NCBI RefSeq assembly: GCF_000011125.1
Contig: NC_000854.2
Location: forward strand, 720,001-752,000
Source: Aeropyrum pernix K1
GTDB lineage: Archaea > Thermoproteota > Thermoprotei_A > Sulfolobales > Acidilobaceae
Direction: 5' to 3'
Length of the DNA stretch: 32,000 nucleotides
The position numbers and the translations under genes are program-made. Below the pieces are notes generated by a model. It was given only the letters and a program-made list of their open reading frames with translations. It was not told the origin of the DNA and did not search any database. Positions 1 through 8,048 of this stretch are shown one piece after another (positions within the stretch are counted from its first letter, which is position 1; each line of letters opens with the position of its first letter).

Positions 1-1
1 G

Positions 2-841
2 ATGGCGGCCGCCGCGGCGGAGGCGGCCCGGGGTAGGATAGGGGGTGGCGAGTGCTTCGCCGTCAGGACGACGAGGAGGGGTAGCCACGGCTATACCAGC
101 GTGGATGTGAACGTCGTCGTGGGTGACGCGGTCAGGAGGGCTACGGGGGCCTGCGTCAACCTGGAGAGCCCCGACAAGGTTGTGGCGGTGGAGATTATCC
201 AGGACCTCGCCCTCATCTCAATCTACCCCGGCAGCATGGAGTGGAGGAAGATGAGGGGGAAGCACCCAGTCCTCCCCCTCCTCTCCAGGGTTGCCGTCGT
301 TCAGATGCCCTACCTCGGCCCCCTGGACGCCTGCAGGAACATGGGGGTGAGGATAGGGAGGGAGGTGCAGAACTTCGAGGTGAGGGAGCTCGTTGTGGCC
401 CCCACGGGGCTGGTGGATGCGAGGCAGCTGGCCGAGTTCCTCCAGGGGGTGTTCGAGGGTGTTGAGAGCAGGTTTGAGGTGCAGAGGAAGAGCTACCACA
501 GGCGGGCCAGGAGGGTGCCCGTCTACCTCCAGGACCTCCACCAGCTCGTGAGGGATAGGAGGGGCGAGCCGATTATAGTGATGGAGCCTGAGGGGGAGCA
601 CATATCGAGGGTGGCCGACAGGCTGTGGGAGATGTTCCGGGGGTCGAGGAGGGTTAACGTGCTCGTGGGCAGCAGGGAGGGCATACCCCTGGGCGTATAT
701 AGGTACGCGGACCTCGTGGTGGATATAGCACCGGGGATAACCCTCTCCACGGACTACGCCGCCGCCAGCGCCCTGGTGGCGATAGCCACGGTCCTCTACG
801 AGAGGTCCTCCCAGCTGGAGGAGGGTGGTGGGGGTGGCTAG
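2..841 (+). CDS. THUMP-domain protein with a C-terminal SPOUT-like (alpha/beta-knot) domain; putative RNA methyltransferase, probably 5'-truncated by the window edge
   Basis: The ORF is open from the window edge. The N-terminal segment (CFAVRTTRRGSHGYTSVDVNVVVGDAV...NLESPDKVVAVEIIQDLALISI) resembles the distal half of a THUMP domain. The C-terminus (VNVLVGSREGIPLGVYRYADLVVDIAPGITLSTDYAAASALVAIATVLYE) resembles a SPOUT SAM-binding knot. Its 3' end overlaps the next gene by 17 nt. Recognised from motifs only. Confidence 0.5.
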   Translation: MAAAAAEAARGRIGGGECFAVRTTRRGSHGYTSVDVNVVVGDAVRRATGACVNLESPDKVVAVEIIQDLALISIYPGSMEWRKMRGKHPVLPLLSRVAVVQMPYLGPLDACRNMGVRIGREVQNFEVRELVVAPTGLVDARQLAEFLQGVFEGVESRFEVQRKSYHRRARRVPVYLQDLHQLVRDRRGEPIIVMEPEGEHISRVADRLWEMFRGSRRVNVLVGSREGIPLGVYRYADLVVDIAPGITLSTDYAAASALVAIATVLYERSSQLEEGGGGG

Positions 842-2402
842 GGGGTTCACAGTCCTCCTCCTATACCCCGGCCCCAGGAGCGTGGCCTACAGCAGCCTCG
901 CCTTCCACCTGATACGGGGCCTCCTCTCCAGCATGGGGGTTGGTGTTAAGACCGCCTTCCTGGAGGACGGCGTCCTAGAGGCCGGCCAACCCCTCGACCC
1001 CCGGGAGACGAGGGCTGTGCTTGTGAGCCTCCCCTACGAGATCATGTACGCCGACATGGTGAGGGCGCTGGAGCAGCTGGGCCTCAACCCCTGGGCCCGG
1101 GGCCGGGGCGAGGGGGACCCCCTGGTGATCGCGGGGGGGCCAGCGGCGACGGCTAACCCCGCCCCCCTGCTGGACCTGGTGGACGCCGTGCTGGTGGGGG
1201 AGCTGGAGCCTGTGGCTGAGGGGCTTGTGGACGCCCTCCAGGAGCCCACCCGCAGGGGGAGGCTTGAGGCCCTCTCACGCCTCCCCGGAGTCCTCGTCCC
1301 CTCTCTCGAGAACTGGCCCGTGACCAGGGTTTATGTCGAGGACCTCGACGCCGCCTGGTACCCCCTGGACCAGCGTGCCCCCCCGGGTGTTGAGCCGGTT
1401 TGGGGCCGGGGCTTCATTCTGGAGACTAGCCGTGGGTGCGGGAGGGGCTGCAGGTTTTGCATGGAGGGCACGGTCTTCAGGCCAAGGAGGGATAGGAGCC
1501 TCGAGGTCCTCAAGCACCTGCTCCGGGAGGGTGTTAGGGTCAACGGGGCCCAGAGGGTCATATTCTACAGCCTCGTCTTCTTCGACAACAGGGCTAGCGA
1601 CGAGATACTATGGTACGCCGTCGAGGACCTGGGGCTCCAGGCGAGCGTGCCGAGCCTGAGGGCCGAGACACTCACCTGGGAGAGGGCGGGGCTCATAGCC
1701 CGCGGGGGGCAGAGGACTGTGACCATAGCCCCGGAGACCGGCTCCTGCACCATAGCTAGGGCGATACTCAAGCCGATAGGAGGGGATATAACCCTCTGGG
1801 CGGTGGATAACGCCCTAGGCCAGGGCATAACGGGGGTCAAGCTCTACCTCATCACCGGCTTCCCCGGTGAGGGGGAGGAGGACCTCGCCCAGACCAGGGA
1901 CCTAGCTCTCAGGGTGGTTGAGAGGGTTAGGAAGGCCGGGGGGGTGGCGAAGGCCTCGATAAACCCCTTCATGCCCAAGCCCGTAACAGGCATGCAGTGG
2001 GCAGGCTTGGCTCCCAGGAGGCTGCTGGAGGAGAGGATTAACAGGCTCTCCAGGGCCCTACGCCGGGCGGGCGCCCGGGTGTCGGGCTACGACCCCCGGT
2101 GGGCCGAGGTACAGGTCGCCCTCGCCCGGGGCGGGAGGGAGATGGCCAGGGTTGTTGTTGAGTGGGCCAGGATGCCCCGGCAAACTCCCTCAAGCTTCAG
2201 GGCCGCAGCCAGGAGGGCGGGGGTCAGCCTGGACTGGAGCCTGGGGGAGTGGCCGGCCGACTACACCCCGCCCTGGCACAGGCTGGTGGAGCACCCGAGG
2301 GCGGAGCTGTGGAGGCTGAGGAGGGACTGGGAGATCTACAGGAGGGTTGTCGAGTCCCGGGGAGGGGCTTCCAGGCTCAGGATACCCGGGTGCACAGCCT
2401 AG
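825..2402 (+). CDS. Radical SAM protein, probably the B12-binding-domain-like class
   Basis: 525-aa ORF with a canonical CX3CX2C cluster (SRGCGRGCRFCMEG; Cys205/209/212, nt 1437-1460) downstream of a roughly 200-aa N-terminal domain. GTG start overlaps the upstream gene. Its stop codon shares a CTAG tetranucleotide (2399-2402) with the convergent Pop5 gene. Confidence 0.8.
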   Translation: MVGVARGFTVLLLYPGPRSVAYSSLAFHLIRGLLSSMGVGVKTAFLEDGVLEAGQPLDPRETRAVLVSLPYEIMYADMVRALEQLGLNPWARGRGEGDPLVIAGGPAATANPAPLLDLVDAVLVGELEPVAEGLVDALQEPTRRGRLEALSRLPGVLVPSLENWPVTRVYVEDLDAAWYPLDQRAPPGVEPVWGRGFILETSRGCGRGCRFCMEGTVFRPRRDRSLEVLKHLLREGVRVNGAQRVIFYSLVFFDNRASDEILWYAVEDLGLQASVPSLRAETLTWERAGLIARGGQRTVTIAPETGSCTIARAILKPIGGDITLWAVDNALGQGITGVKLYLITGFPGEGEEDLAQTRDLALRVVERVRKAGGVAKASINPFMPKPVTGMQWAGLAPRRLLEERINRLSRALRRAGARVSGYDPRWAEVQVALARGGREMARVVVEWARMPRQTPSSFRAAARRAGVSLDWSLGEWPADYTPPWHRLVEHPRAELWRLRRDWEIYRRVVESRGGASRLRIPGCTA

Positions 2403-2920
2403 ACGCCGCCCCGCCCCGGCGCCCCCGGGCTCCTGAACGCCCTGAGAGCCCCCTTCACAGTCCCCGAGGTCCTCAGGGGCACCACGAGAACCCTCCTCCC
2501 CCCAGCCATCCTCACCAGCCCCAGGGCGGCGAGGATGTGGTAGCGGTAGTCCCTGACCACAGCAACCACGCCCCTCCCCGACTCCTCCTCGTAATACACT
2601 ATCCTGGGCCTCGCGAGGGCTAGGCTCTCTGCCCCGAAGGCCTTGAGGTAAACACCCCTAAGGGCCTCCTCAAACTCCCCCTTCCCGGGGGGCGGGCCGT
2701 CTAGGCTGAGGACCTCGAACGCCACATACCTCCTCCTAGGCCTCCTCCCCGCAAGCCTCCTTAGCCTCACAAGCTCCCTCTGCCTGAGGGCGGCCCTCGA
2801 GAGTATGCGGGCCAGCCTCCTGAGCCTCACAACATACAAACCGGAGGCCAGAAGCCCAGCCACACCACCCGCCACCAGGCCTGCCAGGGCGGCTGCGAGG
2901 ACCTCGCTGTCTAGAGGCAC
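2399..2920 (-). CDS. rnp2: RNase P protein component 2 (Pop5/Rpp14 family); the annotated ORF probably over-extends, with the likely true start at GTG 2770 (124 aa)
   Basis: The core RRYVAFEVLS...GRGVVAVVRDYRYHILAALGLV...LRTSGTVKGA matches the archaeal Pop5 pattern (RYIaFei ... GiirC.r ... vSGTik). Pop5 proteins are about 120 aa. The first 50 codons of the long ORF encode a hydrophobic helix and an Arg/Leu repeat not expected in this family. Confidence 0.75.
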   Translation of the reverse strand: MPLDSEVLAAALAGLVAGGVAGLLASGLYVVRLRRLARILSRAALRQRELVRLRRLAGRRPRRRYVAFEVLSLDGPPPGKGEFEEALRGVYLKAFGAESLALARPRIVYYEEESGRGVVAVVRDYRYHILAALGLVRMAGGRRVLVVPLRTSGTVKGALRAFRSPGAPGRGGV

Positions 2921-2940
2921 AGCGACACCACCCGGTGCTG

Positions 2941-2993
2941 GTCAGATCGTCGTGAGGTCATCACCCTTCATGCTGGGACGGCGTCATCATCCC
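2941..2993 (-). ncRNA. C/D box sRNA (2'-O-methylation guide), dual-guide architecture
   Basis: Minus strand reads 5'-GGG AUGAUGA(C, 2990-2984) CGCCGUCCCAGC(12 nt) AUGA(D', 2971-2968) AGG GUGAUGA(C', 2964-2958) CCUCACGACGAU(12 nt) CUGA(D, 2945-2942) C-3'. The C, C' and D boxes match consensus, both spacers are exactly 12 nt, GG/CC flank the boxes, and it lies in an otherwise unexplained 125-nt intergenic gap. Confidence 0.75.
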
Positions 2994-3045
2994 ACTAGCC
3001 CATACTGTAGCCTGGGGGGTATAAGGGGAGGGGTAGCCGCCGGCT

Positions 3046-4338
3046 CTACCTCTTGCCGGCGGCGGCCACTATCTTCACAACATCCCCGTCCTGGAGCCTG
3101 TAGCCCTCCCCCACCCTCTGCTTCGTCTTCGCGTTCACCGCGTAGAGGAAGGTTTTGCCTAGGTCGGTGTGTATCCTGTAGGCCAGGTCCCTGGGTGTTG
3201 AGCCCCTCTTCACCAGTATCACGTCGGGGAGTATCCTCCCCTCCCTGTCTGTGTACCTGTTGGGGTCCTCCACCGGGTAGACGGCTATCATGTCTAGCAC
3301 GTCGAACACCGCCGTGTTTATGGCCTGGACCACGCCCGTCCCGCCCCACCTCTTCATAACCCTCTCCCTGACGAGCTCCAGCGCCTTCAACGCCTTACCC
3401 CCGAGCCCCCCGGGGTCTTTGACGGTGAAGTCGGGGTCGCCCGGGATGTAGCGGACCCTCCCCTCCCTCGCCAGCCTCCTGAGCATGAGCTCCGCCAGGG
3501 CGCTTGCCGGCACAACCGGTATCCCCGGGTAGCTGCTCCCCAGCCTCTCCACGTTCTCCTCAGCCCCGGGCACGTCGACCTTGTTAGCCAATATAACCGC
3601 CGGCTTCCCCCTCTCCAGGACTAGCTTGACGAATAGCCTGAGGTCCTCCCTGCTCCAGCTGGAGAGCCTCTTCTCCCCCAGCCCCGTCTCCTCCAGAACC
3701 CCCGCCACGACCCCCCGGGGTATCTCGAAGCCCGAGAGCCTCTGGCTCAGGGCGGTGACGAGGTCCACGTTCCCGGCGGTGTCCACCCTCCTGGCGAACC
3801 TCTCCCAGTCCCTGGCCAGGTTCTGGAGCATCCACTCGTATATCTCCCCCAGCATCAGCCCAACCTCCTCCACCGGGTCGTAACTCCCAGGCTTCACAGG
3901 AACACCCTCGGGGTCTGTGGAGCCGCTCGCGTCAACCACGAGGAGGAGGGCGTCGGCCTTCCTAACGTCGTCGAGGAACCTGTTGCCCAGCCCCCTCCCC
4001 CTGTGGGCCCCGGGGACGAGGCCGGCCACGTCGAGGAGCTTGACGGGTATGAACCTCCACCCCTCTATGCAGAGGCTGTTGACCGGGTCGCACCGGGGGA
4101 GCCCCAGCTCCACGTGGGCGCACCTCTTCCTCGCATACCCAACCCCCACGTTAGGCTCTATCGTGACGAAGGGCCTGTTCTCAATCTTAACCGGCACCTC
4201 TGTGGCGGCGGCGAAGAACGTGGACTTCCCGACGTTGGTCTTCCCCACAAGCCCCAGAACGATACTGCCAGCCTCCACGGCAACACACCCACAGACACTA
4301 TAACCCGGAGTCCCCGCGGTCCAAACCAGAGGACCCAA
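3046..4338 (-). CDS. OBG-family P-loop GTPase/ATPase (YchF/OLA1-like) with a C-terminal TGS domain
   Basis: G1 motif GLVGKTNVGKSTFF, G3 motif LLDVAGLV, NKVD (G4), and a C-terminal TGS-like RLQDGDVVKIV. The track start is TTG 4338. GTG 4278 (MEAGSIVLGLVGK) would give the usual short N-terminus. Confidence 0.85.
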   Translation of the reverse strand: MGPLVWTAGTPGYSVCGCVAVEAGSIVLGLVGKTNVGKSTFFAAATEVPVKIENRPFVTIEPNVGVGYARKRCAHVELGLPRCDPVNSLCIEGWRFIPVKLLDVAGLVPGAHRGRGLGNRFLDDVRKADALLLVVDASGSTDPEGVPVKPGSYDPVEEVGLMLGEIYEWMLQNLARDWERFARRVDTAGNVDLVTALSQRLSGFEIPRGVVAGVLEETGLGEKRLSSWSREDLRLFVKLVLERGKPAVILANKVDVPGAEENVERLGSSYPGIPVVPASALAELMLRRLAREGRVRYIPGDPDFTVKDPGGLGGKALKALELVRERVMKRWGGTGVVQAINTAVFDVLDMIAVYPVEDPNRYTDREGRILPDVILVKRGSTPRDLAYRIHTDLGKTFLYAVNAKTKQRVGEGYRLQDGDVVKIVAAAGKR

Positions 4339-4354
4339 GCCCGGAGGTGGTGGG

Positions 4355-5056
4355 CTAGGCCACCTTCTTCACCTTAACCTCCGCCGCCCCCCGGGCGAGG
4401 GCTTGTATCCTGCTTGTGACCTCCACCTGGGCCCCCGCCGGTATCTCGAGCTCCGCCTTCAGGCTGCCGTCGGGAAGCCAGTCCGCCTTCTTTACCTCCC
4501 CCATCCTCATGAGGGCCTGGTATGCCCTGCCCGAGTGTGGGGGCGGTATCTTCACCTCTAACAGGGCTCTGGCCAGCCTTATCGGCATCACCCTGGCTAT
4601 CAGCCTTACAGCCTCCACAGCCTGGCTCTCAGCGTCTCTCCACAGGTTTATGGGGAACCTCACCTCCTCGAGGGCCGCCTCTATCCTGGCCTCGGGTATG
4701 GGCCTCCCCGTGGTGGGGTCTATGGCGTTCCTGGCTATGTAGCTTATTATCTGCCTCCTCTTCGCCTCGAGGAGCCTCCTCCTCTGCTCCTCCGTCAGCT
4801 GTATCTCCCCCTCCTTGAGAATCTTCTCAGCCACCCTCCTGGGGTCGCTTGTGCCGAAGGCCTTCTTAACCTCCTCCGGGCTCGCCTTCAGCCCCTTCCT
4901 CACGTCCCTGTAGATGGTGTCGGTCCACAGCACGTCCTCCAGGTCCACGTCACCCTTCTCCTTATACCTGAAGGCCAGCTCGGGCCTCACCAGAATCTCG
5001 AACCTCTTCCCCCTAACCTCCATCCACGCCACTATATAGTCCTGCCTCTTCGACAA
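4355..5056 (-). CDS. sdo1: Ribosome maturation protein SBDS/Sdo1 homologue
   Basis: 233 aa with a typical SBDS N-terminal FYSH domain (VAWMEVRGKRFEILVRPELAFRYKEG...DVLWTDTIYRDVRKG) and the usual three-domain length. TTG start. Confidence 0.9.
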   Translation of the reverse strand: MSKRQDYIVAWMEVRGKRFEILVRPELAFRYKEKGDVDLEDVLWTDTIYRDVRKGLKASPEEVKKAFGTSDPRRVAEKILKEGEIQLTEEQRRRLLEAKRRQIISYIARNAIDPTTGRPIPEARIEAALEEVRFPINLWRDAESQAVEAVRLIARVMPIRLARALLEVKIPPPHSGRAYQALMRMGEVKKADWLPDGSLKAELEIPAGAQVEVTSRIQALARGAAEVKVKKVA

Positions 5057-5115
5057 CCCACTCTACACCCCAGGCGATCATAGTTGGGTGGGAGTCCTCT
5101 AAACCCTTGGCTGGG

Positions 5116-5871
5116 CTAGACGCCGGGCGGCCTCGAGGGGGTCCTCGCCTCTAGTAGCATAGTCTTGAGGGCTGTCATGTAGGGCTCGGGCACCCCCATC
5201 TCCCCGAGCCTCCTCACAACCCTCTCCACCGGGTACTCCACCCGGGCTAGCTCAACCCTCCCCGACTCTAGGTCTAGCATGGCGTAGCCCGCCCTGGGGT
5301 CGCCGTCCCGGGGCTGGCCCGCGCTTCCCGGGTTAACCACCCTCCTCCCATCGAGGGTGAGGTGGAACTGCACGTGGGTGTGCCCCACCAGGACCGTGGC
5401 CTCCTCCACCACCGCCCCCTGCCTCCCCAGCCTCACGCCAGGCCTCCTCAGCCCGTCCAGCAGCGACTCCCTGCCCATCCACGGGTAGAGGTAGCAGTAG
5501 AGGGGGTTGCGGGGGCAGCCGTGGACCGCCAGCACGCCATCGAGCCTCAGCTCCAGGGGGAGCTTTGCCAGGAACCTCCTATCACCATCCCCCAGGAGCC
5601 TCTGGGTGATGTTCTCCCTGAACCACACGCTGAGCCAGTGAGTCTCCTCCCCGCACCTGCAGTCCACACCATAGCCCACGGCGTGGTCGTGGTTCCCCCT
5701 GACAATCCTAGCCCCGAGGCCTCGGAGCACGTCAATAACCTCCCCCGGCCAGGGGCCGTAGTCCACCAGGTCGCCCAGAGCGAGGACCTCATCAAACCTC
5801 CCGGCGGCCTCTAGAACAGCCTCCAGGGCGGGAAGGTTCCCGTGGACGTCGGAGACTATGAGAACCCGCAA
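5116..5871 (-). CDS. Calcineurin-like metallophosphoesterase (YfcE/MJ0936-like)
   Basis: The motifs occur in canonical order: SDVHGN, GDLVDYGP, GNHD, GHTH. Confidence 0.85.
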   Translation of the reverse strand: MRVLIVSDVHGNLPALEAVLEAAGRFDEVLALGDLVDYGPWPGEVIDVLRGLGARIVRGNHDHAVGYGVDCRCGEETHWLSVWFRENITQRLLGDGDRRFLAKLPLELRLDGVLAVHGCPRNPLYCYLYPWMGRESLLDGLRRPGVRLGRQGAVVEEATVLVGHTHVQFHLTLDGRRVVNPGSAGQPRDGDPRAGYAMLDLESGRVELARVEYPVERVVRRLGEMGVPEPYMTALKTMLLEARTPSRPPGV

Positions 5872-6031
5872 GACGAGCCCCCAGGGGATTCGTGGGTTTG
5901 GAAAGGATAATCAGCGGTGTGAATATAGGCTATATACAACCCCCCATGGAGGACGTGTCCCGCCATGTGTTCGGTGGGGTTGACCTCCCTTATAACCCCC
6001 ATTATTTTATGCCGCGGGGAAATAGTGGAGA

Positions 6032-6537
6032 GTGCTTGCTCTTGTCGTCCTGCTCCTTGTAGCCCTCACACTCTACATAACAATGACGCTGAGCGCGGCC
6101 TACGTCCTCACATCAAAAGATATGAGCAACAACATCTCGGTGACCGTAGCCGGCTCCAGCCAGGTGCCGGTCTTCCCCGCTGACAACAGTGGCAACCCAC
6201 TGGCTACGGCCAAGGTACCCTCGGCCTATCCAGTAACACCAACATACTCCTCCCCGACAGCGCTACCGTGGACCTCAACACCACCCGCGGAGGCCTCGTC
6301 CTAAGCCTAGACGTAGAACTCACATTTTCCCAGACGACCTCCAGTAGCGACTCCTGGCAGGTGGTAGTGTTGCTGAGGGATAGCAGCAGCAGTGTAATAG
6401 CGAACACGGGAGACGAGGTGACGGCCACAGGAAACGGCGCCACAACAATAACCATAGACAACGTCGACATAATACCCAAGGTACACATATCCAAGGTTAA
6501 AAGCATCGAGGTAATAGTGGTGCCACTACTACCCTAA
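6032..6537 (+). pseudogene. Small secreted or membrane-anchored protein split over two frames (6032-6304 and 6268-6537); possible single-base frameshift near 6212-6216, or sequencing error
   Basis: The N-terminal ORF encodes a hydrophobic signal/anchor (LALVVLLLVALTLYITMTLSAAYVL). The second frame is stop-free and protein-like from 6184 (…GTLGLSSNTNILLPDSATVDLNTTRGGLVLSLDVELTF…), 28 codons upstream of its GTG. Joining them at aagg(g)t gives a protein of about 169 aa. A TATA-like ATTATTTTA (6001-6009) lies about 25 nt upstream of GTG 6026/6032. Confidence 0.45.
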
Positions 6538-6551
6538 ACACCAGCCACATT

Positions 6552-6833
6552 CTACCCGCTATCCTCCCCACCCTCCTCCTCTTCTCCACCATCCCGGGAG
6601 AGTATTGTGGAGGCGAGCTCCAGGAGGACGGCGGCCACCAGGCTGTAGTAGGCGTACTCCGCCAGCCTGTTGGCGAGGTCCTCGCTCCCCCGGGCCAGCG
6701 CAACAGCAGCCATTAGCAGGAGGGCCATGAAGGCTAGGGCGAAGGGGCCCCCGGGGTTCTCCCCCGCCCAAGCCAGAATCTCCCGCAGCCTACACCGGCC
6801 CGGCAGCCCCCTCAACCAGGGGTCACCCCCCAC
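6552..6833 (-). CDS. Small two-helix membrane protein with an acidic tail (hypothetical)
   Basis: 93-aa ORF whose GTG start overlaps the stop of the upstream 361-aa gene by 11 nt. It has two hydrophobic helices (FALAFMALLLMAAVALA and YYSLVAAVLLELASTIL). Competing overlapping ORFs exist in this G+C-rich DNA, so confidence is only moderate. Confidence 0.4.
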   Translation of the reverse strand: MGGDPWLRGLPGRCRLREILAWAGENPGGPFALAFMALLLMAAVALARGSEDLANRLAEYAYYSLVAAVLLELASTILSRDGGEEEEGGEDSG

Positions 6834-7908
6834 CCTCGGGGGCGAGATCCTTCAGCAGGGCCTCCCTCACCCCCACAGTCTCACCCCCACCACCCACCTC
6901 AACTATCCTCACTTTGGTGTAGCCCGGCAGCCCAGCCTCCAACAGGACCCCCGCAAGCACCCCCAGGGGGTCCCCGCCCCCAGTGGGCTTGGCCCGGGGC
7001 AGCCTAGCAACCCCCACCCCATCCTCCAGGCTCAGCTGGAGGCTGGAGGGCTGCACCGGCTCCAGCGCCCCTAGGTAGAGTTGGAGCAGCCTCGCGAGGG
7101 CTGCGGCCTCGCCCGGCAGCGCCCCGGGGTCGGGGAGCCTGGCCAGCGCCCCCAGCACGAGGGTGGCGTCGCCCTCCACCGACCCCGCTATCCTTGTCCA
7201 GCAGCCCCGGGGGTCCATCTCCACCCGGGCCTCCAGCTTCTCCACAGGCAGAGCCTCGCCACTATAGACCTCGGGGGGTATGGTGAACGCCATCCTCCCC
7301 CTCACACCTCCACCCTCGTCGGGGTGGAGCCTTTCCACCGTGAACCCCTCGAGCCTCAGGAGCCCCGCCGCCCTGCGGGCAAGCTCCTCGAGCCGCGTGT
7401 AGGCGTACTCCTCGTAAGCCGACGCCCCACCGGAGCCTACAACCCGGAAAACAGCCTCAACCCTCACACCCCCGGGGGTGGGCTCGGCCCTAACACTCTC
7501 CACAACACCCCTCAACACACCCCCCGCCTCAAACACGCCCCCGCCCAGCAGCAGCACACCCCTCCTCCCCAGCTCAATACCCCCGGCCACGCTGTAGGGG
7601 CTCTCCCTCAGGCACAACGCAGCCCCCGCCTCACCCGCAAGTAGATCTTCCTTGAGATCAGCCTCCAACACAGCCCCCGACACCGGGAGCCCAAGCCTCC
7701 CCACAGTCACGCTAGCCTCGACACTACCATCACCATAAACCCAAGCCTCAACCACCACCCCATAATACCACTCCGCCACAAACCCCTCCAGAAAGCCCCA
7801 GGCAACAGGCCAAAGAGCAGCCACAACAACGCCAACAGCAGCCAAAACGGCAACAGCCCCAACAACCTCCCTACGCCTCACAGCCACACCACGCCACCAG
7901 CGCCACAC
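6823..7908 (-). CDS. Hypothetical protein with an N-terminal membrane anchor (361 aa, Gly/Val/Ala/Glu/Arg-rich), no recognised domain
   Basis: It is the longest ORF in this interval. It has a GTG start, an N-terminal TM helix (VVGAVAVLAAVGVVVAALWPVAW) and a predicted extracytoplasmic body. No motif was recognised. Confidence 0.6.
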   Translation of the reverse strand: MWRWWRGVAVRRREVVGAVAVLAAVGVVVAALWPVAWGFLEGFVAEWYYGVVVEAWVYGDGSVEASVTVGRLGLPVSGAVLEADLKEDLLAGEAGAALCLRESPYSVAGGIELGRRGVLLLGGGVFEAGGVLRGVVESVRAEPTPGGVRVEAVFRVVGSGGASAYEEYAYTRLEELARRAAGLLRLEGFTVERLHPDEGGGVRGRMAFTIPPEVYSGEALPVEKLEARVEMDPRGCWTRIAGSVEGDATLVLGALARLPDPGALPGEAAALARLLQLYLGALEPVQPSSLQLSLEDGVGVARLPRAKPTGGGDPLGVLAGVLLEAGLPGYTKVRIVEVGGGGETVGVREALLKDLAPEGGG

Positions 7909-8048
7909 AGCCCCTCAACCCCAACCAGCAAACCCCCAGCGGCCACCCGGAGTGGCCACACCCTATAAATACCCGCACCGGCGCCCCAAATAAAGGGTAA
8001 CACACTCCAGAACAACCCCCAGGGAAGCGCGAGAGGGAACGACGAGCG

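Noticed and set aside
2399-2402. CTAG shared by the convergent stop codons of the radical SAM and Pop5 genes
   Set aside because: The overlap is real, but it is a common consequence of compact archaeal genomes and is not evidence of regulation.
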